From a virus, in IMG/VR virus record IMGVR_UViG_3300025928_000005, positions 47,342-111,341 of that record: a stretch of DNA of 64,000 bases, one strand, 5' to 3'. The position numbers and the translations under genes were made by a program. The first letter of the stretch is position 1. Each line of letters begins with the position of its first letter. The notes below the pieces were generated by a model that searched no databases, was not told the origin of the DNA, and was given only the letters and a program-made list of their open reading frames with translations. Of the stretch, positions 19,773 to 27,211 are shown in pieces.

Positions 19773-19870
19773 GGTGAGATCCTACCACCGGGAGGGAGTC
19801 GAACCCGCTAGGTTGGTCGCGACACCAACCCGTCGTCCGGACGCGGAGTTGAACCGAGCCGGATCTCACC
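19773..19870 (-). ncRNA. unknown RNA with two T-loop hairpins
   Basis: 10-bp closing stem GGUGAGAUCC/GGAUCUCACC; CGG-UUCAACU-CCG and GGG-UUCGACU-CCC; central GGUUGGU/ACCAACC hairpin. Confidence 0.6.
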
Positions 19871-19894
19871 TGAGCGACCTCGCGTAGTCGCCTG

Positions 19895-19966
19895 CGCCGG
19901 AGACGGGGATCGAACCCGCGACCTCTCCCTCGACAGGGGAGCGCTCTTCCATTGAGCTACTCTGGC
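19895..19966 (-). tRNA. tRNA-Asp(GUC)
   Basis: CUCCC-CUGUCGA-GGGAG; G73; A4:C69 mismatch. Confidence 0.88.
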
Positions 19967-19968
19967 TT

Positions 19969-20043
19969 ACGTGGTCCTCTGGCCGCTGAGGTACACCCCC
20001 TCGAAGTGGAGGTGAGGGGACTCGAACCCCCGACTTCCCACCG
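19969..20043 (-). ncRNA. free-standing circularly permuted tRNA-like element without anticodon loop
   Basis: order T arm, acceptor 3' strand CACCUCC, 7-nt linker, GGGGGUG, UA, D arm CCUC/GAGG. Confidence 0.7.
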
Positions 20044-20117
20044 TGACTGCCGCTGGACTCGAACCAGCTACCTTCCGAGTTTCAACCGGACGCTCTCCCA
20101 GCTTGAGCTAGGCAGCC
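20044..20117 (-). tRNA. tRNA-Phe(GAA)
   Basis: GGCUGCC/GGCAGUC acceptor; UCCGG-UUGAAAC-UCGGA. Confidence 0.88.
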
Positions 20118-20238
20118 AAGCACACGGTGAACCATCGCCGATCCATCAGCATCGAACGCGATGTTCGATGCTTTTACCACGGACCAGGGACTCGAGTACT
20201 GCCCGTGGTGGGCTGACACCCGTGCGTGCCTTCCCTTG

Positions 20239-20310
20239 TACCCCACGCCGGGATCGAACCGGCGCCTTCCGCTTGAGGGGCGGAGGTGACTACCACTACA
20301 CCAGTGGGGC
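20239..20310 (-). tRNA. tRNA-Glu(CUC), atypical C33
   Basis: GCCCCAC/GUGGGGU acceptor; UCCGC-CCCUCAA-GCGGA; T loop UUCGAUC. Confidence 0.8.
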
Positions 20311-20312
20311 GT

Positions 20313-20473
20313 GAAACCTCACCGAGACCATTGAGCCTGCCCTCGGTTTTCTTTCTGACTCTTGCTCTGCCAAGTTGAGCTACCCCACGACCGAGGTCGA
20401 GGGGACGGGACTTGAACCCGCAACCCAGAGTTCCGCTTGAAGTATCCGAGTGCGTTCGCACCGGTGAGGCTTC
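20313..20473 (-). ncRNA. yrlA: YrlA-type Y RNA E with permuted tRNA-like domain
   Basis: scaffold plus ACUCU/AGAGU stem, T arm GCGGG-UUCAAGU-CCCGU, loop-closed acceptor, D arm UAGCUCAACUUGGCAGAGC. Confidence 0.85.
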
Positions 20474-20539
20474 GTTGATCGCCGGTTGACGCCTGGTGGC
20501 CGGTCGTTCTGACTGCCGGGCTGAACCGGTGATGGTGAA

Positions 20540-20569
20540 ACCGTATCAGACAGCAACGAGCGTTGTCCA
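20540..20569 (-). promoter_or_regulatory. putative promoter of RNA array/rsr operon (TGGACA-N18-TACGGT)
   Basis: sigma-A-like hexamers upstream of first Y RNA. Confidence 0.45.
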
Positions 20570-20593
20570 GGGTAAATCTCAACAACTTTGCTG

Positions 20594-20622
20594 TTTACAT
20601 TCACCGCCCGTGCTGGTAGGGT
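20594..20622 (+). promoter_or_regulatory. phage promoter TTTACA-N17-TAGGGT
   Basis: repeated motif followed by CAGGAACGAG leader. Confidence 0.65.
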
Positions 20623-20653
20623 CGTACCAGGCAGGAACGAGCGAGGGAGTCAG

Positions 20654-20944
20654 ATGGGCAGGGACAAGCCGGCCTTCAAGAAGGCCGACGCGGTCACGAG
20701 CGCCAAGGACCGCACGCGGAACGGCGTCATCGTGGAGGTCCTCGGGGCCAACGAGAGGGGCGTGTTCCGCTACAAGGTGGTCTGGCCCGCCGACAGGATG
20801 CGCGAGACCGAGGAGCTGGAGACCGACCTGGTGCCGCTCAAGGGAGGCAGCGGCGGTCGTCGCCACGTCACCAACGTCTTCAAGGGCACCGTCCACGGCA
20901 AGCTGACCCAGTCGGGTGACGGTACCTTCCTCTTCGACGAGTAG
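20654..20944 (+). CDS. hypothetical protein (SH3-like pattern)
   Basis: ATG after GGGAG RBS and promoter. Confidence 0.65.
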   Translation: MGRDKPAFKKADAVTSAKDRTRNGVIVEVLGANERGVFRYKVVWPADRMRETEELETDLVPLKGGSGGRRHVTNVFKGTVHGKLTQSGDGTFLFDE

Positions 20945-20971
20945 CCCCCGAGCCAGGAACGAGGAACTGAG

Positions 20972-21430
20972 ATGAGCGAGCAGATCAGACGCGGCACCCG
21001 CGTCAAGGTCAACGAGAGCAACCGCCTCGAGTCGATGCACGGCAAGCGAGGCACCGTCGTCGCGACCCTGCCCGACGCGACCTACATGGTCTACCTCGAC
21101 GAGCTCGAGGAGGTCGTCGGCTTCTTCCGGAGCGAGATCGACGTTCGCATCGAGCCGGTCGTCAAGCGGATCCGGACGCGCGACGAGCTGCTGACCCTGA
21201 AGGCCGAGCTGGGTGTTGGGAGCGACTGGCACGAGCCGGACAACGAGGGCGTCACGGCGAGCGTCCACGGCGTCAGCTTCGACAACGCCGGCTTCTGGTA
21301 CCGCGACAACAGCGCCGGCAAGACCTACGAGGAGCTGCACGTCGTGCTCCGCAAGGACGGGGACGAGGTCGCCGTCGTCAACCTCGCGACCCTGTTCGCG
21401 TTCGCGACCGGCTACGAGGGGGAGGGGTGA
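20972..21430 (+). CDS. hypothetical protein
   Basis: preceded by CAGGAACGAGGAAC leader. Confidence 0.7.
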   Translation: MSEQIRRGTRVKVNESNRLESMHGKRGTVVATLPDATYMVYLDELEEVVGFFRSEIDVRIEPVVKRIRTRDELLTLKAELGVGSDWHEPDNEGVTASVHGVSFDNAGFWYRDNSAGKTYEELHVVLRKDGDEVAVVNLATLFAFATGYEGEG

Positions 21431-21669
21431 GGCGCGGGGTCGCGGTCCTGGACTGCGGGCGGAAGGCCGTGACGGTCACGTCCGCCGGCGGGATCTACGA
21501 GGGCACGTGGTCCGGGGCCTTCTCCCGGGCCAAGGCGCTGGACCTGCTCGTGAGCGCCGGTTGGCGCGAGGCGCCGGGCGAGGACTGGACCGTCTCGCCG
21601 GCGGACAACGGCTTCAAGCTCGTGGTCATCCACGACCCGGTGTCCACCGCCGTTCGACGCCGGCGCTGA
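21427..21669 (+). CDS. hypothetical protein
   Basis: GTGA overlap; hairpin follows. Confidence 0.55.
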   Translation: MRRGVAVLDCGRKAVTVTSAGGIYEGTWSGAFSRAKALDLLVSAGWREAPGEDWTVSPADNGFKLVVIHDPVSTAVRRRR

Positions 21670-21835
21670 CGCGGAGGGGGCGGTTGAGGTGTTGGCCTCA
21701 GCCGCCCCCTCCAGCGCGTCGAGAAGCAGGACGATGATCATCACCGTGAAGGCGAGCAGCATCACCAGCGTCCACACCAGGTAACCCACGCCGCTCCGCT
21801 CGTTCCAGTTTCCGCGTTAAGGCTAGGGTACCAGG

Positions 21836-22489
21836 TCAGCGATGGCAGAGCGGCAGCAGGTTGACGCTGAGCTCGGTGAAGAGGCGGCGACCGAGCTCGC
21901 CGTCATCGAGCTCCTCGAGCTGGTCCCACGTCTCGTGGCCGAGCCCTCGGGCGATCGCGTAGGTCGCCGCGGCGTGGGCGCGCTCGGCGGCGTGCCGCCA
22001 CTCGAGGTGTGAGCGGCTCTCGTCGAAGGCGGCGTCCCACCGGTTCTCGTCGCCGTCGAACGTGAACTCGACCTCGTGGCGCTCGTCGATCACCCGAACC
22101 GAGCTGTAGCCGTAGCCGCTCAGGGCCCTCTCGTGGTCGGTGGGAACCTCGGTGAACCGGTAGGGCAGCTGTCGCGGATCTGACGTGGTGGCGCAGACGA
22201 CGACGAAGGCGACCTCGTTGGATCCGTCCTCCTCAGCCTGGATCGCGACGCAGAGGTAGGGCCAGCCGTGAAGGCGATCGAGCTGCTTGGTCGGCACGAC
22301 GGCCTCCACGAGCACGTCGTCGGCCTCGTTGAGGGTGAGCCTCGCGGCGCCGACGAGCTGGTCGCGCACGTTTCGGAGCGTGACCCGGCCGTCGGCGGGG
22401 AGAGCGACGCCGTTGGCGAGGCGGTCGGTTCGGCGCACGTGCTCGCCGCGGATGGCGACGCCGCGCAGGGTCAGATAGGTATCGGTCAC
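21836..22489 (-). CDS. hypothetical protein
   Basis: in coupled minus-strand run. Confidence 0.6.
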   Translation of the reverse strand: MTDTYLTLRGVAIRGEHVRRTDRLANGVALPADGRVTLRNVRDQLVGAARLTLNEADDVLVEAVVPTKQLDRLHGWPYLCVAIQAEEDGSNEVAFVVVCATTSDPRQLPYRFTEVPTDHERALSGYGYSSVRVIDERHEVEFTFDGDENRWDAAFDESRSHLEWRHAAERAHAAATYAIARGLGHETWDQLEELDDGELGRRLFTELSVNLLPLCHR

Positions 22490-22490
22490 G

Positions 22491-22907
22491 TCACACCAGC
22501 TTCAAGACGATGTCGGCATCGGGGTCGCAGTGGTACGAGGCACAGATCCGGTGGTAGCCGGTGACGATGATCGGCAGCCGGCGGACGTTGCCGCGGAGGC
22601 AGAGCACGGGCGAGAGCTTGTGGCCGCCCGAAATGCGGACGAGCTCGGCGGTGACGTGGGGATCCTCGCGGGGAAGCAGTGGAAGGTCAGCTGCCCTGAG
22701 CAGGTCGAGGGGGTGACGCCGGTGCGTGTCAACCTGGGTGCGGAGGTTCTCGACGATGACCGCGGCGACGTCGTCATCCATCAGCAGGCTGAGGTACATG
22801 AACGCCGCGGTGAGCTCCGTCTCGGGAACCTCGGCTCGCCACCGGGCACGGCGCGCGGTGAGGGGGTCGGGTCGTCGCCTGGCTCCCTTGCTCCCTCGGT
22901 CAGCCAC
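22491..22907 (-). CDS. ParB/Srx-like small protein
   Basis: LSPVL..PIIVTGYHR motif. Confidence 0.5.
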   Translation of the reverse strand: MADRGSKGARRRPDPLTARRARWRAEVPETELTAAFMYLSLLMDDDVAAVIVENLRTQVDTHRRHPLDLLRAADLPLLPREDPHVTAELVRISGGHKLSPVLCLRGNVRRLPIIVTGYHRICASYHCDPDADIVLKLV

Positions 22908-23073
22908 GCTTGCGGACTCCCAGCTCGACGAGGTAGATGATGGCCTGTCGCTCGGTCCAGCCGCCCTTCACGAGGGACGTGAGGATCTCGTGCATGGCGA
23001 TCGCGTCCTGCACGAGCTTGGACGCGACCTCACCGTCGAACTCGCCCAGGTCGGGGGTCGGGTCGTCACTCAC
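22900..23073 (-). CDS. hypothetical protein
   Basis: overlaps both neighbours; GGWTERQA. Confidence 0.55.
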   Translation of the reverse strand: MSDDPTPDLGEFDGEVASKLVQDAIAMHEILTSLVKGGWTERQAIIYLVELGVRKRG

Positions 23074-23725
23074 CGGGCACCTCGCCCGTGTGTCGGCGGC
23101 GTCCCTTGCCACGGTTGGGGTAGGCCGCGAGCACGTCGGGGTTGAACAGGTCGGCCGCGGTGACGTTGAGCAGCTCGCAGGCCCGCACGACGAGGGACTC
23201 CGCCGGCAGACAGCCACCGTAGGCCCAGGCGATGTAGTTGCCCTGGTTGAAGTTGTCGACCGGGAGGTCGAGGGCGTTCGCCTCCTCCGTGAACCGGCGA
23301 GCGGTGTAGCCGCGCTCGCGAACGAGATCGCGGATGGGCTGCCAGCCCCACTTGGTGCGGTTGGGGTTGGGGGTGCGGTGGCCGCCGCGTCGGGGCGTGA
23401 GCTCGGTCTCCACCCAGGCAGCGAACCGGGCGCGCTCAGGGTCACCGTCCAGGTCGGCGAGGCGGCGGACGCCGGCGGCGGTCACGGCGTCGACCTGGGT
23501 GAGCTGGAACCGCTCGTAGGTGTCGACCAGGTCTCGCTCCTCGGGGCTGAGGGTGGTGAGCTCGTCGGGGTGGATCCCGAGGGCGAGGCAGGCGTCCTCG
23601 GCGTAGACGAGGACCCGTTCGCTGGGGGTGCCGGGCTCGAGCACGAGGTGCCGCACCGCCATGAAGCTGAGAGGGTAGTTGAGCACCCGTCGAGTGGGCG
23701 CGGGTAAGGCCTTGACGTCATCCAT
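23066..23725 (-). CDS. Bro-N-like + XRE HTH regulator (repressor/antirepressor candidate)
   Basis: VYAEDACLALG; C-terminal HTH ending RACELLNVTAADLF; divergent from promoter at 23785. Confidence 0.65.
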   Translation of the reverse strand: MDDVKALPAPTRRVLNYPLSFMAVRHLVLEPGTPSERVLVYAEDACLALGIHPDELTTLSPEERDLVDTYERFQLTQVDAVTAAGVRRLADLDGDPERARFAAWVETELTPRRGGHRTPNPNRTKWGWQPIRDLVRERGYTARRFTEEANALDLPVDNFNQGNYIAWAYGGCLPAESLVVRACELLNVTAADLFNPDVLAAYPNRGKGRRRHTGEVPGE

Positions 23726-23784
23726 GTTGAAGACTCTACCAGCGGTACGATGTTGATGACAACCGAGAACGTTCAGCATTGCTG

Positions 23785-23840
23785 TTTACATCTTAGCCGC
23801 GTGGTGATACGGTATCTCCAGGAACGAGGAACCGAGGAGA
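23785..23840 (+). promoter_or_regulatory. phage promoter TTTACA-N17-TACGGT plus CAGGAACGAGGAACCGAGG leader
   Basis: repeated motif. Confidence 0.7.
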
Positions 23841-23850
23841 GGAGCTCCCG

Positions 23851-24225
23851 ATGTCGAAGAGGTCGGAGCGCAAGCGGCTGCTGAGGGTTCGCCGCGAGCT
23901 CGCGGCGGCGACCCGCCACCTGAACCGGATCCACCGCCTGACCGACAGCGGCGAGCCGCAGCCGGCGCGGGTCTGGCTCGAGCGGGTCGGCCTGGACGAG
24001 GACCTCGCGAGGCGCTTCGCGCCCGTGTTCTCCCGCGGCGTCAAGACGAGCGTGACCGGCGAGACCGAGATCAAGATCCACGCTCACTCGCGGCTCGGCT
24101 ACAAGAAGGTGCCGGTGAAGAGGTACCGGCGCGACGAGTTCTTCGCGCAGCTCCCCGTCGCCGTCTCCCGGATCAAGGACCCGACCGCGAAGCGTGAGTT
24201 CGCCCGCGTCGCGGCGATCTACTAG
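23851..24225 (+). CDS. hypothetical protein
   Basis: strong RBS after promoter. Confidence 0.7.
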   Translation: MSKRSERKRLLRVRRELAAATRHLNRIHRLTDSGEPQPARVWLERVGLDEDLARRFAPVFSRGVKTSVTGETEIKIHAHSRLGYKKVPVKRYRRDEFFAQLPVAVSRIKDPTAKREFARVAAIY

Positions 24226-24244
24226 ATATAAGGAGCGACGAGCC

Positions 24245-24487
24245 GTGAGGATCTTCCACGTCGACCGCAGGCTCAGCCGGAGCGACTACGGTTGGACCCG
24301 GGGCGCGATCGTCATCGCCCTGAACGAGACCGCGGCCAGGCACCTGGTCGACGGCCTCTCGATGTCCAAGCAGTTCAACGACCCGACGGACCTGTGGCTG
24401 TCCCCGGAGCACTCCACCGCGCGTGAGCTGGGGGTCGCCCACGGCACCGAGGAGGAGATCGTGCTGACCGACGAGGAAGAGGGGTAG
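24245..24487 (+). CDS. hypothetical protein
   Basis: AAGGAG RBS. Confidence 0.6.
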   Translation: MRIFHVDRRLSRSDYGWTRGAIVIALNETAARHLVDGLSMSKQFNDPTDLWLSPEHSTARELGVAHGTEEEIVLTDEEEG

Positions 24488-24633
24488 AGCCGTGCCGTGG
24501 TGCGGACGGTGCCAGCGGGTCATCCAAAACGGGTGCTGCTGTGGGTGTGGCTGCCGGCTCGCGAGCCCGGACTGGTTCGCGAGCCTCGACGCAGGTACTG
24601 TAACAGTTGATGAACTGAGCGAGGGGAGCGAGG

Positions 24634-25110
24634 GTGGGAAGCGACGCGCACGGTGACCTCGTGTACGGGGTGCCGCTCGGCGGCAGCGACGAGGGTTGGC
24701 TCCTGACGGGGCCCAAGGATAAGTGGGGTGACGTCAGCCTCGAGCCGGAGCACCTCCCGTGGCTGACGCCGGAGCAGGCCGAAGGCTGGGACCACTTCAG
24801 CTACAGCGAGGTGCTCGAGCTCGGGCTCAGGCACCTCGACACGGTGATGTTCAGCCTCACCGATCAGCCGCTCAGCGCCGGCCTCGAGGTGCACCAGCAC
24901 GGCTACGAGCTCAGGTCGTTCGCGCTCGCGCTCAAGAAGCCGCAGTTCGGGGCCTCGTGGGGTGACGCGACCGACGTCGACTGGCTCGCGCTGAGCGAGG
25001 TGGCCGGTGACACGCGGATCACGGTTCAGTTCCGCCGAGTTCTTCAGGAGCTCAACCTCGAGCCCGTGAACCCTCAGCCACGGTGGTTCCTGACCGCCCA
25101 CTACTTCTAG
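24634..25110 (+). CDS. hypothetical protein
   Basis: ORF with RBS. Confidence 0.65.
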   Translation: MGSDAHGDLVYGVPLGGSDEGWLLTGPKDKWGDVSLEPEHLPWLTPEQAEGWDHFSYSEVLELGLRHLDTVMFSLTDQPLSAGLEVHQHGYELRSFALALKKPQFGASWGDATDVDWLALSEVAGDTRITVQFRRVLQELNLEPVNPQPRWFLTAHYF

Positions 25111-25118
25111 GGGTCAAC

Positions 25119-25553
25119 GTGCAGACCTTCCTGCCCGACCCCGACTTCGCGACGTCCGCCGGCGTCCTCGACCGGCAGCGCCTCGGCAAGCAGCGCGTCG
25201 AGACGCTGCAGATCATGACGGCCCTGCTGACCGGCACGGGCTGGGTCAACCACCCCGCCACCAAGATGTGGCGCGGCCACGAGGTGAAGCTGCTCCACTA
25301 CCAGGCGGCGATCTGCGACGAGTGGGAGAACCGCGGCTACCAGGACACGTGCTGGGTCAAGACGCTCAGCCTGGCTTTCAAGCACGGCATCAAGCCCCTG
25401 CAGGTGACCGTCGACCCGTCGTGGCTCGGCGACGAGGCGTTCCACCTCAGCCACCGCTCCAACCTGTTTCGCAAGAACCCAGCACATTACGGCGCGTTCT
25501 GGCCGGACGTCCCGGCCGACCTGCCGTACGTGTGGCCCGTGAGAGAGGACTGA
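25119..25553 (+). CDS. MSMEG_6728-family / pyrimidine-dimer glycosylase (endonuclease V)-like protein
   Basis: QTFLP..F..SA..LD..RLGKQRVE..GW.NHPA..MWRG..SHRSNL. Confidence 0.85.
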   Translation: MQTFLPDPDFATSAGVLDRQRLGKQRVETLQIMTALLTGTGWVNHPATKMWRGHEVKLLHYQAAICDEWENRGYQDTCWVKTLSLAFKHGIKPLQVTVDPSWLGDEAFHLSHRSNLFRKNPAHYGAFWPDVPADLPYVWPVRED

Positions 25554-25554
25554 G

Positions 25555-25821
25555 GTGCCTGGTCACCGACACCACGCCGTCCGCTACGGCGAGCTTCCCG
25601 AGTGGAACCGCCTCGCCAGCCGGGTGAAGACCGGCTACGAGATCCAGGTGGAGCCGCCCGACGGCGAGTGGCGTCGGGTCAGACGCAAGCAGCGTGACAG
25701 CGAGAACGGGGTCGTCCTCTTCACGTTCGAGGACGGCACCCAGCTCCGCGTCGCGGTCACGACCAAGATCAAGGCGCGGCGCACGCCGCTCCCCACCGAG
25801 GAAGGAACCGAGGAACAGTGA
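25555..25821 (+). CDS. hypothetical protein
   Basis: coupled ORF. Confidence 0.55.
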   Translation: MPGHRHHAVRYGELPEWNRLASRVKTGYEIQVEPPDGEWRRVRRKQRDSENGVVLFTFEDGTQLRVAVTTKIKARRTPLPTEEGTEEQ

Positions 25822-26420
25822 AGCTGACTCACCGGCAGAAGCTGCTGGGCACCCTGGCGGCCGTGGGCCTGCTGCCCATCGCCCTGATGGGTGACGCCTG
25901 CTCCAACAACTCCCAGAGCCAGGCCCAGCAGATCACCGAGCAGTACTCGCAGCACTCGCAGAGCGCGGTGCCTTACCCGCTGACGCAGATGGACGCCGGC
26001 GGCTGGACGGAGCGCACCCTCCTGAAGGAGCACCTGCTCCGCCAGAACGACCCCAACGCGATCCACTACGTCTACTGGATCGTCCCGATGACCGGCGCCC
26101 TGGTCGCGCAGTGGACCGTCAAGGGCATGGTCTTCTCGCCGAACAGCCAGCTGACCAACACGCAGTCCATCACGTGGTCGAGCAACGGCGGCAGCGGCGT
26201 CGTCGACGCGCCCGGCGACAACGGCACGTGGGGCCCCGAGCCGTTCTGCTACGACTTCTTCACCACGTCGGGCAACGAGATCCGGCTGCCCTGCAACGGC
26301 CTGTCGGCCGTCGAGTCCGACACGCCGATGACCTTCTCTACCCAGCCCGTGATCACCTACGACGCGAGCCAGAAGTCGCCGCTCGACAAGGGCGGCCTGT
26401 CCAAGATCGGAGGCAAGTGA
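25818..26420 (+). CDS. putative lipoprotein
   Basis: signal peptide ending in Cys (LMGDAC); DNGTWG motif. Confidence 0.7.
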   Translation: MKLTHRQKLLGTLAAVGLLPIALMGDACSNNSQSQAQQITEQYSQHSQSAVPYPLTQMDAGGWTERTLLKEHLLRQNDPNAIHYVYWIVPMTGALVAQWTVKGMVFSPNSQLTNTQSITWSSNGGSGVVDAPGDNGTWGPEPFCYDFFTTSGNEIRLPCNGLSAVESDTPMTFSTQPVITYDASQKSPLDKGGLSKIGGK

Positions 26421-26896
26421 TGGACGACTTCGCGGACCGGCACCCCGTCGCCTACATCCTGACGGTGATCTTCTCCGTCATCCTCGTCCTGTTCGTGATC
26501 GCCGCGTTCATCATGGGGCTGAGGACCAACTTCAGCTATTGGTGGGGCCAGCAGCAGGCGACCCAGGACAAGAACTCCGCGGGGAACTTCGAGGCCGCCC
26601 AGCGGCAGTTCCTGCAGGACAAGAACGACGTCGACGGCTACGTGCAGAAGATCACCGCCGCGAGGCAGCAGCTCGCCGACTTCGACAAGGCCCACCCGAG
26701 CCTCGCGAGCGAGGACGGCCTCGCGGGCTTGACCGACGCGCAGCAGCGGCAGAGCCTGGCGACCAACCTGACCGGCCTGCAGCAGCAGTGCGTGAACGTG
26801 GTCAACGACTACAACACGAGCGCGAGGGCGTACCTGACCGCGGACTGGCGGGACGCGAACCTCCCGGAGCGGCTCGATCCCAACTCCTGCTCCTGA
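26420..26896 (+). CDS. membrane-anchored coiled-coil protein
   Basis: TGATG overlap; N-terminal TM; YN..AR..LP motif. Confidence 0.7.
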   Translation: MDDFADRHPVAYILTVIFSVILVLFVIAAFIMGLRTNFSYWWGQQQATQDKNSAGNFEAAQRQFLQDKNDVDGYVQKITAARQQLADFDKAHPSLASEDGLAGLTDAQQRQSLATNLTGLQQQCVNVVNDYNTSARAYLTADWRDANLPERLDPNSCS

Positions 26897-26905
26897 GGCG
26901 GCGAC

Positions 26906-27103
26906 ATGAGCATCATCCGCTGGTGCACCAGAACGATCGCTCGACAGGCGGCGAGGATCCGCGAGGAGCGAGCCCACAACCGACACCTCGTTCAGACGAA
27001 CGAGAGGTTGGTCAAGCAGAACGACACGCTGCGGCTGAGGTTGATCGACCTCGACGTCGATCCGGTCAAGGTTCTCGACGAGGAAACCGACGGCGAGGGC
27101 TGA
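26906..27103 (+). CDS. hypothetical protein
   Basis: short ORF before hairpin. Confidence 0.5.
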   Translation: MSIIRWCTRTIARQAARIREERAHNRHLVQTNERLVKQNDTLRLRLIDLDVDPVKVLDEETDGEG

Positions 27104-27108
27104 GCTAG

Positions 27109-27144
27109 AGCGAGGGGCGGAACCGAGAGGTTCCGCCCCTCGCT
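27109..27144 (+). terminator. 16-bp hairpin
   Basis: AGCGAGGGGCGGAACC-GAGA-GGTTCCGCCCCTCGCT. Confidence 0.65.
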
Positions 27145-27211
27145 GTCTGTCTGCAACTTGATGTGGTATTGTAAACCCCAGTTGCCGTGGAACCAGGAAG
27201 GAAGTCGAACC

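Noticed and set aside
20148-20210. Additional tRNA between tRNA-Phe and tRNA-Glu
   Set aside because: Only two simple hairpins are visible, with no cloverleaf or Y scaffold motifs.
19409-20604. Short ORFs across the RNA array
   Set aside because: They overlap well-formed tRNA and Y-RNA structures and lack protein-like features.
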